64,000 nucleotides of DNA from Verrucomicrobiia bacterium (GCA_035765675.1 DASTXC010000082.1:9851-73850); one strand, 5' to 3'; shown: positions 29,552 to 40,519, counted from the first letter of the stretch. A program made the numbers and translations. Notes: generated from the letters alone by a model not told the origin.

Positions 29552-32500
29552 ATGAAGAACCTTCTCAAATCAACCTGGAAAAGTTACGCGAGCCTGGCCG
29601 CATTGGCGGTCGCAGGTTTCGCCGGTCCGGCGTCAGCCGCGCTGACGGTCACCCTGGAAAATCAGTCCGGCACGGCGAACACCTGGCCGTTCACACCGGC
29701 GTGGACAGTGAATACAAACAACAGCCTGATCGCGGGGCTCGCGCCGAGCCAGGCATTGGGAGATTTCAGCAAGGAACTCGCGGGGCGAAGCGTCAATTCG
29801 CTGACGCTTAATACGAATCTGACCATCGGAATCGTTCAGCCCAGCACGTCCACGACGACGAATTATGTGACCTGCGGAAATGGCAGCGGCGCGGGATCGC
29901 TGGTGGTTTACACATTGCCGGCTTCTTCGTTTGGTTATGATCTTACGAACATTACCGTTTACGGGGGGTGGGCGAACAGTGGCCGCGACGCGCAGGCTTA
30001 CACGGTTTTATATTCCACCGTCGGAAGTCCGAATGACTTCAAGTATCTGACTTCCGTATCTTACAATCCCACCGTCCCGGCAAACACGCCGAGCTCCAAT
30101 CGTGAAATCATTCGCGACAACGCGGGTGGAGTCATCGCCGCAAATGTGGCGTCCGTGAAATTCGATTTCGATGTGCCGGCAGTTGAAAATGGCTTCGTAG
30201 GATACGCCGCAATCACGGTGGGAGGAACAGCTTCGACGGGTGCCGAAGGTCCGGGCATTTCGATTTCAACCGCCAACCAGAACAGCCCCGCGGCCTTCAC
30301 GCCGAACTGGGTTCTGGAAACGCCCAATCTGATTGCGGGGCTGGCGCCGACTGCGGCGGTCGGCAATTTCAATCAGGAAGATTCGGCTGGAACTTCCGTG
30401 CTGACCGATGGGTTGATCGCTGAATCCGGAAATCATGCCGGGTTTGCAACGGCGGGCGCCACGGGCGGTGGTTCTCTGGTTTACACGCTGCCGGACGGTG
30501 AGAACGGAATCGATGTGACCAACGTCACGCTTTACACCGGCTGGGGCAACGCGGATCGCGATGGGCAATATTTCATTCTTTCCTACGCCACTGTTTCCGC
30601 GCCCACGGCTTACATTCCGATCACAACCGTTTTTTACAATCCCGCGGGAGTGACTGGATTTTCAGCGAACCGCGTTTCCATCAGCATGAACAACGGTCTG
30701 CCGCTGGCCACGGCGGTTTCCAAATTGAAATTTGATTTCGCCGGTCCGGTCGGAGCGAACCAGTTCGATCATGGTTATTCCGGCTATTCCGAAATCGTGG
30801 TGCAAGGAACGGAATCAAGCACGCCGCCCGCGCCGCCGTCTCCGTATCTCACCGAGGACACTTTGCCTTCTTTCATTGAAACTGTGGTCGGCGACCAGGT
30901 GGTCTTCACCGCCGCGTTCAGCAATGCTCCGCCCGCGAACGTTCAATGGGAGTTCATCAATGCTGAAGGCACGCTGACGAACGATGTTCCGGGAGCCACT
31001 TCCGAAACCCTGACACTCAATAACGTGCAGTTGTCAGATGCCGGAAGTTATCGCCTCAAAGCGGTGAATGCGACCAACAATGCGGCAGCACCTTCCTACA
31101 GTCTGGCCCGAACACTTTCTGTTAAACCGACTCCGACGGCAGTGAATGGAATCATTGTAGAAACCGCCAACCATCTGGGGGCTGGCGTAAATGGCATCAG
31201 CACGAACTTCTTTCCCACCTGGTCGGTCGCTACGGACGATGACCTGATCCTGGGCGCAACGCCGATTCCCGGCGATGGCGATTTCAGTGATCCCAGCACC
31301 GGGTTCGATCCGATTCTGCTGACGGATGGCACGTCTGGTTTTCTCAATTACTGGCCGAACGTGGGCGGCAGCGAAACGCTGGTGGTCATGGGCGGCAATC
31401 GCGGCAAGTCCGTCACCTACACACTTCCTCCGTCCACTTATGGTTATGACATTACGAACATTGTGGTTTACGGCGGCTGGGGCGACAGCGGTCGCGATCA
31501 GTCGAAATACCAGATTCTGTATTCCGTCGATGGCAGCATGCCATCGCTCCCGCTCATCACGGTCGATTACAACCCGAGCATTCCGTCCGGCCTGCAATCC
31601 GCGACTCGCACAACCTTGGTTCCCACCTCGCCGGGTGGACTGGTTCGCAATGTGACGGCGCTTACATTCAACTTCGATGTGAACGTAGAGAACGGTTACG
31701 TCGGTGTTTCGGAAATCGTGGTGGGCGGACAACTCTCGCCGCCGATGCCGACGCTGGCTCAGGACATTTCACCTCTCTCTGCGGAAACGGTGACTGGAGA
31801 TCACATCACGCTGACCGCGAGTTTCAATGGCGCGGACAGTTACCAATGGCAGAAAGACGGAACGAACATTTCGGATGGTCCGGATATTTCCGGCGCCACC
31901 ACGACGACGCTGACGTTGAGCCAGCTTCAGACTTCAGACACGGCCACCAACGGCGGCTATCGGCTCGCGGGAATCAATTCCTCGGGCACGGCCTACAGCA
32001 CGCCTTGCGCGCTGGTGGTAAAACCGCTGGCGCCTGCGACCAACAACGTCGTCATTTCCGCGGCGGGTCAGATTTATCTGCATCACGCGACCTACACGCC
32101 GGACTGGATTACGGACACCAGCGCGAACAACCTCATTTATCTGGCGCCTCCGACGGCGACGAATGGCGGCTTCGGACTGGAACCATTTGCGACCACGCGT
32201 GACATCAGTGGGTTTACAGATGGGGGTTCGCTCACGCTCAGTGTCACGGACGACGGCTCTCACAAAACCACCAGCGGAAATTATCTCACCGCGGGCAATG
32301 GCACCGGCCTGGATGGAACCCGTGATGAAAATGGAAATTATCTCCACAGTGACGCCGGACATTTCGTGGTTTATCAACTGCCGGCGTCCGCAAATGGTTA
32401 CGATCTGACCAATATCACCACCTATGGCGGATGGGCGGATGCGGGACGGGATCAACAGGCTTACGTTGTCCTCTATTCCACGGTGGCGAACCCGGGCAAT

Positions 32501-33496
32501 TTCCTGCCGCTCGGAACCGTGAGTTACAATCCCGTGAATCCCGCCGACGGAACCTCGGCAACGCGTGTGACACTGACGCCGGGTTCAGGATCGATGGCGC
32601 AGAACGTCGGGGCGGTGATGTTTGATTTCCGCAGTCCGGGAACGGAAAACGGCTTCGGGGGTTATGCCGAAATCACGATCAACGGCGTTCCTTCCGCCAC
32701 TCCAGAAACACCGCAGCCGGTGGTCACTGCCGAGAATCAGACCAACACGTTCACGTGGACGGTTGAAAGTCCGAACCTGATTGCGAATCGTTTGCCGGAC
32801 AGTTTCGGTCCGGGTCTCTTCACGAACGAAGGTTGTAACATTACCAACCTGACCGACGGCATCATTGGTTTCGGCGCGGGATTCGGAACGAGCCTCGGCG
32901 CGGGCGGCGCTGCGGTTCCATGGATCATCTTCAATTCTCCGAACGGTTGGGATCTGACGAACATCGTGGTTTACTCGCTCTGGCACGATTACGGTCGTGA
33001 CGGACAGTTCTACACCGTCAGCTATTCCACCTTGTCTGATCCTTCCGCGTTCGTGCCGTTGAGCACGGTTTACTTCAACCCGGATGTGCCGCAGGACGGA
33101 ACCGACAGCGGCAATCGCGTGGAGATCTCGCCCATCGTCGGTCAAACCAAACTGGCGAGCAATGTCGCGGCGGTGAAGTTTGATTTCACCATTCAAGGAA
33201 ATCAGGACTTCGCCTGGTCGGGCTATTCAGAAATCGTGTTGCAGGGCGTGAATCTGAATGCGGCCACGCCACCGCTGGTCGAAGGCGTTCGCGTGACCGG
33301 TGGAAATCTGGTGGTCACCGGCACCGGTTCGGCGAACTCGGACTACACGATTCTCACGACGACCAATCTGGCAAAGCCCTTGGCTGAGTGGACGATCAGC
33401 ACCACGGGTGTGATCGATGGCGCCGGCAGCTTCTCGAACGCGATTCCGGTTGACCCGGCCACGCCTGCGCGATTCTTCCGCGTGCGAACTCCTTGA
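29552..33496 (+). CDS. secreted non-catalytic repeat protein (protein A): 5 copies of the unassigned module, 2 Ig-like domains, C-terminal FFRV domain
   Basis: The ATG at 29552 gives the signal peptide [30 protein letters not shown]. The track ORF starts at a GTG at 29495. I recognised no catalytic motif. See the module features and findings. Confidence 0.85.
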   Translation: MKNLLKSTWKSYASLAALAVAGFAGPASAALTVTLENQSGTANTWPFTPAWTVNTNNSLIAGLAPSQALGDFSKELAGRSVNSLTLNTNLTIGIVQPSTSTTTNYVTCGNGSGAGSLVVYTLPASSFGYDLTNITVYGGWANSGRDAQAYTVLYSTVGSPNDFKYLTSVSYNPTVPANTPSSNREIIRDNAGGVIAANVASVKFDFDVPAVENGFVGYAAITVGGTASTGAEGPGISISTANQNSPAAFTPNWVLETPNLIAGLAPTAAVGNFNQEDSAGTSVLTDGLIAESGNHAGFATAGATGGGSLVYTLPDGENGIDVTNVTLYTGWGNADRDGQYFILSYATVSAPTAYIPITTVFYNPAGVTGFSANRVSISMNNGLPLATAVSKLKFDFAGPVGANQFDHGYSGYSEIVVQGTESSTPPAPPSPYLTEDTLPSFIETVVGDQVVFTAAFSNAPPANVQWEFINAEGTLTNDVPGATSETLTLNNVQLSDAGSYRLKAVNATNNAAAPSYSLARTLSVKPTPTAVNGIIVETANHLGAGVNGISTNFFPTWSVATDDDLILGATPIPGDGDFSDPSTGFDPILLTDGTSGFLNYWPNVGGSETLVVMGGNRGKSVTYTLPPSTYGYDITNIVVYGGWGDSGRDQSKYQILYSVDGSMPSLPLITVDYNPSIPSGLQSATRTTLVPTSPGGLVRNVTALTFNFDVNVENGYVGVSEIVVGGQLSPPMPTLAQDISPLSAETVTGDHITLTASFNGADSYQWQKDGTNISDGPDISGATTTTLTLSQLQTSDTATNGGYRLAGINSSGTAYSTPCALVVKPLAPATNNVVISAAGQIYLHHATYTPDWITDTSANNLIYLAPPTATNGGFGLEPFATTRDISGFTDGGSLTLSVTDDGSHKTTSGNYLTAGNGTGLDGTRDENGNYLHSDAGHFVVYQLPASANGYDLTNITTYGGWADAGRDQQAYVVLYSTVANPGNFLPLGTVSYNPVNPADGTSATRVTLTPGSGSMAQNVGAVMFDFRSPGTENGFGGYAEITINGVPSATPETPQPVVTAENQTNTFTWTVESPNLIANRLPDSFGPGLFTNEGCNITNLTDGIIGFGAGFGTSLGAGGAAVPWIIFNSPNGWDLTNIVVYSLWHDYGRDGQFYTVSYSTLSDPSAFVPLSTVYFNPDVPQDGTDSGNRVEISPIVGQTKLASNVAAVKFDFTIQGNQDFAWSGYSEIVLQGVNLNAATPPLVEGVRVTGGNLVVTGTGSANSDYTILTTTNLAKPLAEWTISTTGVIDGAGSFSNAIPVDPATPARFFRVRTP
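29642..30226 (+). repeat. unassigned beta-sandwich-like module, copy A1 (subtype Ia)
   Basis: [109 protein letters not shown]. Confidence 0.8.
30257..30808 (+). repeat. unassigned module, copy A2 (subtype II)
   Basis: [102 protein letters not shown]. Confidence 0.8.
31151..31729 (+). repeat. unassigned module, copy A3 (subtype Ib)
   Basis: [113 protein letters not shown]. Confidence 0.8.
32042..32686 (+). repeat. unassigned module, copy A4 (subtype Ia with a longer insert)
   Basis: [114 protein letters not shown]. Confidence 0.8.
32720..33247 (+). repeat. unassigned module, copy A5 (subtype II)
   Basis: [98 protein letters not shown]. Confidence 0.75.
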
Positions 33497-33626
33497 AGAA
33501 ATCGGGACGGGTTGTGATTGCCCCGGAACGGTTCGGGTTCCCGGGCAAATCCTCCAGCGAGTGAAATTTGAATCATCAAAACAGCTTGAGCGTCGCGATG
33601 TTTTTCGCGGGCGCGGATCGACTGAA

Positions 33627-34505
33627 ATGAACAAGAGAAATGCTTCCACGGGATTTCGAAAGCACCGGGTTCGCCGTGCTTTCACACTGATTGAATTGCT
33701 GGTCGTGATTGCGATCATTGCGATTCTGGCCGCGATGCTTCTGCCTGCATTATCCAAAGCCAAGCGGAAGGCTCTGGGCACTGCCTGCTCAAACAACATG
33801 AAGCAGCTCACGCTCGCGCTTCATCTTTATGCGCTTGATTACAAGGACAACATCGCGCCCAATCGCGGACAATCGTTGGATTCGTGGGTTCCCGGCGGCA
33901 CGTTCGGGTACGATGTCCGCGGCGGTTCCGGCGTGACCAACCTTGATAACATCCGCTCCGCTTTGCTTTTTCCCTATAACCAATCCCTGGGAATTTATCG
34001 GTGTCCGGGAGACAAAGATTCCGTGATTGATCCAACTCTCGGCAGTCTGGGCCAGCGCGTCAGGACTTACTCGATGAATGGAATGATGGGTGACAATCGA
34101 GGTTTCGGCGGCGGGAATGATCCCGTGCATGCGGACATTCCCGAACATCGCACGCTGAGTTCGGTTCAAAATCCGGGGCCGTCGGACGCGTCTCTGTTCG
34201 TAGATGAGCAAGGCAGTTCAAGCACGGTGGAATCGCAGACCAGCATCGATGACGGGTATTACGCCGTGAACTTCCAGGATCGCGGCCAGACCTGGCGGAA
34301 TGTGCCGGCGAGCCGTCACGGCAACTACGGCCAGTTTTCATTTGCGGATGGTCACGTCGGCAAAATGAAATGGGTGGAACCGAAAACCCAATTCCTCAAA
34401 GGATTGAAAGCAAGTTCTGGAAGGTTCAATGATCAGGATCTGCATCAAATCTGGAACTCGACTTATCCCGAAGGTGGTTATCCCGGCAAGCCGGGACCGT
34501 GGTGA
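33627..34505 (+). CDS. pseudopilin-like protein: prepilin-type N-terminal cleavage/methylation domain plus H-X9-DG motif
   Basis: The ATG at 33627 gives [49 protein letters not shown], a class III signal of the G/A-FTLIEL type. The C-terminal [16 protein letters not shown] is an exact H-X9-DG. The family is massively expanded in Planctomycetes and Verrucomicrobia. Confidence 0.9.
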   Translation: MNKRNASTGFRKHRVRRAFTLIELLVVIAIIAILAAMLLPALSKAKRKALGTACSNNMKQLTLALHLYALDYKDNIAPNRGQSLDSWVPGGTFGYDVRGGSGVTNLDNIRSALLFPYNQSLGIYRCPGDKDSVIDPTLGSLGQRVRTYSMNGMMGDNRGFGGGNDPVHADIPEHRTLSSVQNPGPSDASLFVDEQGSSSTVESQTSIDDGYYAVNFQDRGQTWRNVPASRHGNYGQFSFADGHVGKMKWVEPKTQFLKGLKASSGRFNDQDLHQIWNSTYPEGGYPGKPGPW

Positions 34506-34684
34506 GCCATGGTGAGGGCTGCACCCGTTTTTCACGCTGCAATTTTTTTTGCGAACGCAGTGCGACGCATCGGATTCATTCAATCGCCATTCCTGGATCG
34601 ATTGGCAGAACGCGAATCGTTTAATGCACAATCGATCCAAGTGACCCTCTGATGACTGCCGGACGGCGGTGTAAGAAGTAAAAC

Positions 34685-37600
34685 ATGAAGCAACGCCGAA
34701 TGGTCGAATGCAAAATTACGGGATATCTCGTCGCGTGTCTGGCCTTCGCTGGTTCCGCTTCGGCGGCGTTGTTGATCAACACCACGAATCAAACGGGCAA
34801 TCTTACTTTCCATCCGGATTGGAGTCTCGCATCGAACAGCCTGATCGCTGGGTTGGCACCGAGCAGTTCTTTCGGAAATTTCAGTCTGGAAGCACCGGGG
34901 CGCAATGCTCGGTCACTAACCTCGGGTGGCGATCTTTCAATTGAACAGATCCACGGCACCTCCGGCACGACGGCCAGCACCAATTACGTTACCTGCGGGA
35001 ACGGCAGTGGCGCGGGATCAGTGCTGGTTTATACACTGCCGGATTCAGCGAATGGTTACGATCTCACCAACATTACGGTTTACAGCGGCTGGCAGGACAA
35101 TGGCCGCGATGCGCAATCGTGGACTGTTTCGTATTCCACTGCCGCCAATCCGGAATTTTTTGTTCCGCTCACAACGGTTGCTTACAATCCTCCGGTTCCA
35201 AGCGGCGTTGCCACGGCCAATCGCGTAACACTGATTCATTCCGCAGGCGGACCTTTCGCGACCAACGTGGTTGCCTTGAAATTCGATTTCGCCGCGGCTT
35301 CCGTGGAAAACGGCTACACGGGTTATGGCGCAATCACGGTTCAGGGAATGCCTTCCACCAATGTCGTCATGCCGCTGCCCGTCATGGTTTCCGCCCAAAG
35401 CCAATCCGGCGGCGGATCATTCATTCCCGATTGGATTATTGAAACGGACAGTCTCGTCGCGGACCGGATGCCGAGTTTCACCGGTTCGGGCAATTTCGAA
35501 TTCGAACCGGAAACCGGCGGCTTGCCGATGTTGACGGACGGCGTGTTCGGACTCACCGGAACCACTGCGTCATTTGCCACCTGTGGCAACGATGCGGGAC
35601 GGTCGCTGGCGTATTATCTCGATGGCGCAACGCTGACAAACATTGTGGTTTACAGCGGCTGGGTGAATCCGGATCGCGACGGCCAGTTCTACAACGTTTA
35701 TTATTCCACGCTCTCCGCGCCGAACTCGTTCCTTCCGCTGGCCAGCGTGAACTACAATCCCGTCGCTTCCGGAAACTCGGCGGCTCGCGTTTCCATTGCC
35801 ACCGCGAACGGTACGCCGCTCGCGACAAATGTGGCGTTCGTGAAATTCGATTTCACACCACAGAACCATTCGGTGGATCACGGCTATTCGGGTTACGCGG
35901 AGATCATTCTGCAAGGGTTCGGCGGCGGCTCCGCATCGCAGCCTCCGATCAAAATGCAAACGGATTTTCCCGCGAGCACTTCCGACAGCGCCGATGCCGT
36001 GCTGGTGTTCAATGAGATCATGTATCATCCCGCCGCCAATGAAGCCGGAATGGAATGGATCGAGTTGTACAATCAGCTCGCGGTCGATATCGATGTTTCG
36101 AACTGGCGGATTGCCGGCGACACGGAGTTTACGTTTCCTGCGGGGACCCGAATTGCCGGACGCAGCTTTGTCGTTGTCGCGCGAGATCCGGCGCAGCTTC
36201 AGGCAGCAACGGGTTTGAGCTCGAATGTATTCGGACCTTTCGTCAGTCCGTTGGACAACAAAGGCGGCACTCTCCAATTATTCAACAATGCCGGACGATT
36301 GATGGACGCGGTCGAGTTCGGAACCGAAGGTGAATGGCCGGTTACACCCGATGGCGCGGGGCCTTCGCTGGCCAAGCTGGATCGGGATTGGGGATCCGCC
36401 GCCGCAGCGAACTGGCGCGCGAGTGTTCAAAACGGAGGCACGCCGGGATTTGAAAATTTTCCCACCGCGCCAACGCCGGCGACATTGATTTTCAATGAAG
36501 TTTCCGGTGCGACCAATTCGATGTGGGTTGAACTCAGAAATCGCGGAACGAATTCAATTTCGTTGAGCGATTGCATTCTTCACCACGATGGTGAAACCAA
36601 CACCGATTACATTTTTCCTCCCAATGTCAGTCTCGACGCCGGTGCGTTTTTTGTGCTGTCGAATGATGTGCTCGGTTTTCAGTCTCCGGCTTCGGGTGAA
36701 AAGCTGTTTCTGTTTGGCCCCGATCATTCAACGGCCTACGACGGTTTCGTGTTGAAAAAAACTCCTCGTGCGCGCGCGACGGATGGAACAGAACGCTGGT
36801 TCGTTCCTTCGCCAACCACGCCCGGCACAACGAACCGTTTCGCATTTCAAACCGATATCGTGATCAACGAAATCATGTGTCATCACCAGGCGTTCGCGCC
36901 GGCGGACACCAACGCGATTCCGATTGAGAATCCGGAAGAATGGATTGAACTCTACAATCGCGGGACGAATGTCATCGACCTCACCGGATGGGAAATTGCG
37001 GGCGGAATCGACTTCGCGTTTCCCGTGGGCACAACGCTCGCGCCGGACGCTTACCTGGTGATTGCGAACGACGCGGCCAATTTATCGGCGCTTTATCCAA
37101 GCGCGAATGTGATCGGAAATTTCAACGGACGACTCGGTGGCGATGATCAAATCACGTTAAAGGATGCTTCAGGCAATCCGGCGGATGAAGTGCATTATTA
37201 CACATCCGGACATTGGCCGGAATTTGCCGGCGGCGGAGGTTCCAGTCTGGAATTGCGTGATCCGAACGCGGACAACTCAAAAGCCGAAGCCTGGGCCGCG
37301 AGTGATGAATCCGGAAAATCCTCCTGGCAAACTTACACGTATCAAATGATTGCGCAGCCGAGCGCCACTCCCGCGCCGGACAATCAATGGCGCGATTTCG
37401 TGCTCGGCCTTTTAGGCGATGGCGAATGCTGGGTGGACGATATTCGTGTGATGCAATCGCCCGGTCAGAATCCCACCGATTTGATTTCCAATGGCGATTT
37501 CGAAAATGGACTTAACGGCTGGCGCGTGTTGGGCAATCACGGTCGCAGTCGTGTGGAATCCGATCCCAATAATCCCGGCAATTATGTTCTGCATGTCGTC

Positions 37601-40483
37601 GCGTCAGGTCCGCAGGAGCACATGCACAATCACATTGAAGCGACGTTGGTGGACGGATGCGCGGTGACGAATGGTTTGCTTTACGAAGTTTCTTTTCGCG
37701 CGCGCTGGATTGGCGGAAACAACCGGCTGAACACGCGCCTTTATTTCAATCGCGTGGCACGAACAACGCCGTTGCTCACACCGCGATTGAACGGCACGCC
37801 CGGCGCGGTCAATTCGCAACGCATTTCCAATCTCGGCCCCACCTTCGCGCGATTTCAACATCAGCCGATCGTTCCGCGAGTGAATGAGCCAGTGACTGTT
37901 TTCGTTCAGGCAAGCGATCCGCAGGGCGTAAGTGATTGCACGGTCTGGTGGTCGGTGAATGGCGGTGCGTGGTCCAGCGCGGCGATGTCACTCACGAACG
38001 GCGTCTATTCAGCAACGATTCCCGGATTCGCTGCGAACAGCCTGGTGCAGTTTTATGTCAGCGCGACGGACACTCTGGGCGCGATTGCGACTTTTCCCGC
38101 GCGCGGTCCGGATTCCGGAGCGTTCTATCGTGTTGATGATGGCTTCGCCAGTTTCTCACCTGTTCACAGCCTTCGCATCCTGATGTCGCCAGCAAATGTT
38201 GCGTTACAGAACGCCGTCACGAACCTGATGAGCAACGAGAATCTGCCCTGCACGCTGATCTACGATGAGCGTCAGGTTTATTACGACATTGCCGTTCGCC
38301 TCAAGAGCAGTGAACGCGGACGCGTGGTGGCGGCGCGCATCGGTTTTCATCTGGAATTCAATCCGGATAATTTGTTCCGCGGCGTGCATCCCGTGATGCT
38401 CGTGGATCGATCCGCGGGTGATTTCAGCCTGCCCGGGGAAGAGATGCTGGTGAAACACATGTTGTCCCATGCGGGGTTGCCGAGTGTGAATTCCGATTTC
38501 ACCCGAATCATTGCTCCGCAGAGTGCGCAGAACGGGATGGCAATACTCTCGCCGCGGTACGAAGACAATTTTATCGCGACAGCAATTCCGGATGGAGATG
38601 AAGGCACGTTCTACGAATTCGAGTTGACGTATTTTCCAAAGACCGCCGACGAACACGGTTACAAATTGCCGGAGCCAGACAATGTTCAAGGAGTCGAGAT
38701 CTCCGATCTTGGCGATGACAAGGAACGCTATCGCTACAACTTCATGATCAAGAATCATCGTGCGGCTGATGATTACTCGGCCCTCATGCGCTTTGCCAAA
38801 AGCTGGAGTCTCAACGGAACGGCATTGGACGAGCAGACGGAACTCACCATGGACATGGATGAATGGCTGAACGTCTATGCGATGATCGCGCTGAGTGGTG
38901 TCACCGACATGTACACGTTTGGAGGAAATCATAACCTGATGATGTATGTCCGTCCCGGCGATGGACGGATTTTGTATTTCCCATGGGACATGGATTATGC
39001 GTTTACGCGCGGCGTCACGGATCCGCTGATTGGAGATCAGAACCTCGGAAAAATTGCGAATCGTCCGGCAAATCTGCGCCGCTTCTACGCGCATGTGTTG
39101 AATCATATCAGTAGCACCTTCAACACGGACTATCTGGCGGACTGGGTGAGTCACTATGGGGGACTGTACGGTCAGGATTATTCCTCTGACCTGAGTTACA
39201 TCGCCAACCGCGCGGCATACGCGTTGGGAATGATTGAAGACGCAACTGGCGATGTTCCCTTCACGCTCAACGAAACCAATGTTCTGAACGTTACGAGCAA
39301 TCGGGTGACGTTAAGCGGCACCGCGCCGGTGAACATCACTTCCATTCTGGTGAATGGAAAAACTTTTCCGGTGACGTGGGCTTCGCTTTCCAACTGGATC
39401 GTTCAGGCGACCCTGAACGCGCCGACCAATCATTTGGAGATTCAAGGATTCGACCTGAATGGAAATCTGATCACGAATCTTTCGACGGTCGTGATCTTTG
39501 ACGGTTTCGTGCCCGAGTCCATCACCATTTCCATAAATGAATGGATGGCGGATAACAGTTACACGCTTACGAATCCAGTGGGCGGAAAATTCGATGACTG
39601 GTTCGAATTGTATAACTACGGCACGAACACTGTGGATCTCGGTGGAAATTATTTGACCGGGGATCTGACTGACAAAACCAAATTCCAGATTCCCGACACG
39701 CATCAATACCTTGTTCCGCCGGGAGGATTTTTTGTGGTTTGGGCGGACAATGCCGATGAAGCCAATGCGATTGGTCGTCCTGATCTGCATGTGAATTTCA
39801 AACTGAGCAAGTCGGGCGAGGCCATCGGTTTGTTTACAGCGGATGGCACTTTGATCGACGCGGTCAGTTTTGGTCCGCAAGTCACTGATGTTTCGCAAGG
39901 ACGATTCCCGGATGGCGCGTCGGAAATTTTCTCAATGCCCACGCCCACGCCGGAGACGAACAACATTTTTCCGAACACCGCGCCGGTGTTGGCAGCAATC
40001 GGCGACAAATACATTCACGCTGGCCAGGTGGTGCAATTTCTCGCGCAAGCCAGCGATGCGGAAAATGCCTGGCAGACATTGACGTTCAGCCTGAGCAACG
40101 CGCCTTCCGGCGCAGTCATTCAACCGTTGACCGGCGCATTTTCATGGATGACATCCAGCGCCACGGCACCGGGCACAAATTTCATAACCATCCGCGTAAC
40201 CGACAACGGAACGCCGCCGCTGAGCGATGCAAAAACATTTGCGGTAATCGTTGCGGTATTGCCGCGATTGACGGAAGCCAGCGCGAACGGCGATGGAAGC
40301 GTTCAGTTTTCTTTCCACACGCTGCCCGCTCAGGATTACCAGCTTCAATATAAAAACCGTCTGACTGATGCCGTCTGGATTCCGCTGGGAGAAATTATTT
40401 CCGGCACGGGATCGGATGTGATCGTTCACGACAATGCGGCTGAAAATTCACAGCGGTTTTATCGACTGATGGTTTTGCCATGA
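34685..40483 (+). CDS. giant secreted LTD / CotH-family protein (CotH-2, protein B) with 2 N-terminal copies of the unassigned module
   Basis: 1932 aa. Signal ..YLVACLAFAGSASAA. Modules B1 and B2. Four LTD-like segments (VFNEIMYHP..MEWIELYNQLAVDIDVSNWRIAGD; IFNEVSG..MWVELRNRGTNSISLSDC; VINEIMCHH..EEWIELYNRGTNVIDLTGWEIAGG; INEWMADN..DDWFELYNYGTNTVDLGGNYLTGD). CotH core (..FHLEFNPDNLFRGVHPVMLVDRS..GGNHNLMMYVRPGDGRILYFPWDMDYAF). Cadherin- or Ig-like segment (NTAPVLAAIGDKYIHAGQVVQF..). C-terminal domain ending QRFYRLMVLP. Confidence 0.9.
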   Translation: MKQRRMVECKITGYLVACLAFAGSASAALLINTTNQTGNLTFHPDWSLASNSLIAGLAPSSSFGNFSLEAPGRNARSLTSGGDLSIEQIHGTSGTTASTNYVTCGNGSGAGSVLVYTLPDSANGYDLTNITVYSGWQDNGRDAQSWTVSYSTAANPEFFVPLTTVAYNPPVPSGVATANRVTLIHSAGGPFATNVVALKFDFAAASVENGYTGYGAITVQGMPSTNVVMPLPVMVSAQSQSGGGSFIPDWIIETDSLVADRMPSFTGSGNFEFEPETGGLPMLTDGVFGLTGTTASFATCGNDAGRSLAYYLDGATLTNIVVYSGWVNPDRDGQFYNVYYSTLSAPNSFLPLASVNYNPVASGNSAARVSIATANGTPLATNVAFVKFDFTPQNHSVDHGYSGYAEIILQGFGGGSASQPPIKMQTDFPASTSDSADAVLVFNEIMYHPAANEAGMEWIELYNQLAVDIDVSNWRIAGDTEFTFPAGTRIAGRSFVVVARDPAQLQAATGLSSNVFGPFVSPLDNKGGTLQLFNNAGRLMDAVEFGTEGEWPVTPDGAGPSLAKLDRDWGSAAAANWRASVQNGGTPGFENFPTAPTPATLIFNEVSGATNSMWVELRNRGTNSISLSDCILHHDGETNTDYIFPPNVSLDAGAFFVLSNDVLGFQSPASGEKLFLFGPDHSTAYDGFVLKKTPRARATDGTERWFVPSPTTPGTTNRFAFQTDIVINEIMCHHQAFAPADTNAIPIENPEEWIELYNRGTNVIDLTGWEIAGGIDFAFPVGTTLAPDAYLVIANDAANLSALYPSANVIGNFNGRLGGDDQITLKDASGNPADEVHYYTSGHWPEFAGGGGSSLELRDPNADNSKAEAWAASDESGKSSWQTYTYQMIAQPSATPAPDNQWRDFVLGLLGDGECWVDDIRVMQSPGQNPTDLISNGDFENGLNGWRVLGNHGRSRVESDPNNPGNYVLHVVASGPQEHMHNHIEATLVDGCAVTNGLLYEVSFRARWIGGNNRLNTRLYFNRVARTTPLLTPRLNGTPGAVNSQRISNLGPTFARFQHQPIVPRVNEPVTVFVQASDPQGVSDCTVWWSVNGGAWSSAAMSLTNGVYSATIPGFAANSLVQFYVSATDTLGAIATFPARGPDSGAFYRVDDGFASFSPVHSLRILMSPANVALQNAVTNLMSNENLPCTLIYDERQVYYDIAVRLKSSERGRVVAARIGFHLEFNPDNLFRGVHPVMLVDRSAGDFSLPGEEMLVKHMLSHAGLPSVNSDFTRIIAPQSAQNGMAILSPRYEDNFIATAIPDGDEGTFYEFELTYFPKTADEHGYKLPEPDNVQGVEISDLGDDKERYRYNFMIKNHRAADDYSALMRFAKSWSLNGTALDEQTELTMDMDEWLNVYAMIALSGVTDMYTFGGNHNLMMYVRPGDGRILYFPWDMDYAFTRGVTDPLIGDQNLGKIANRPANLRRFYAHVLNHISSTFNTDYLADWVSHYGGLYGQDYSSDLSYIANRAAYALGMIEDATGDVPFTLNETNVLNVTSNRVTLSGTAPVNITSILVNGKTFPVTWASLSNWIVQATLNAPTNHLEIQGFDLNGNLITNLSTVVIFDGFVPESITISINEWMADNSYTLTNPVGGKFDDWFELYNYGTNTVDLGGNYLTGDLTDKTKFQIPDTHQYLVPPGGFFVVWADNADEANAIGRPDLHVNFKLSKSGEAIGLFTADGTLIDAVSFGPQVTDVSQGRFPDGASEIFSMPTPTPETNNIFPNTAPVLAAIGDKYIHAGQVVQFLAQASDAENAWQTLTFSLSNAPSGAVIQPLTGAFSWMTSSATAPGTNFITIRVTDNGTPPLSDAKTFAVIVAVLPRLTEASANGDGSVQFSFHTLPAQDYQLQYKNRLTDAVWIPLGEIISGTGSDVIVHDNAAENSQRFYRLMVLP
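34769..35347 (+). repeat. unassigned module, copy B1 (subtype Ia)
   Basis: [120 protein letters not shown]. Confidence 0.8.
35381..35917 (+). repeat. unassigned module, copy B2 (subtype II)
   Basis: [113 protein letters not shown]. Confidence 0.8.
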
Positions 40484-40519
40484 ACACACGGGCAATGAAT
40501 TTCTAATGCGACAAACTCA

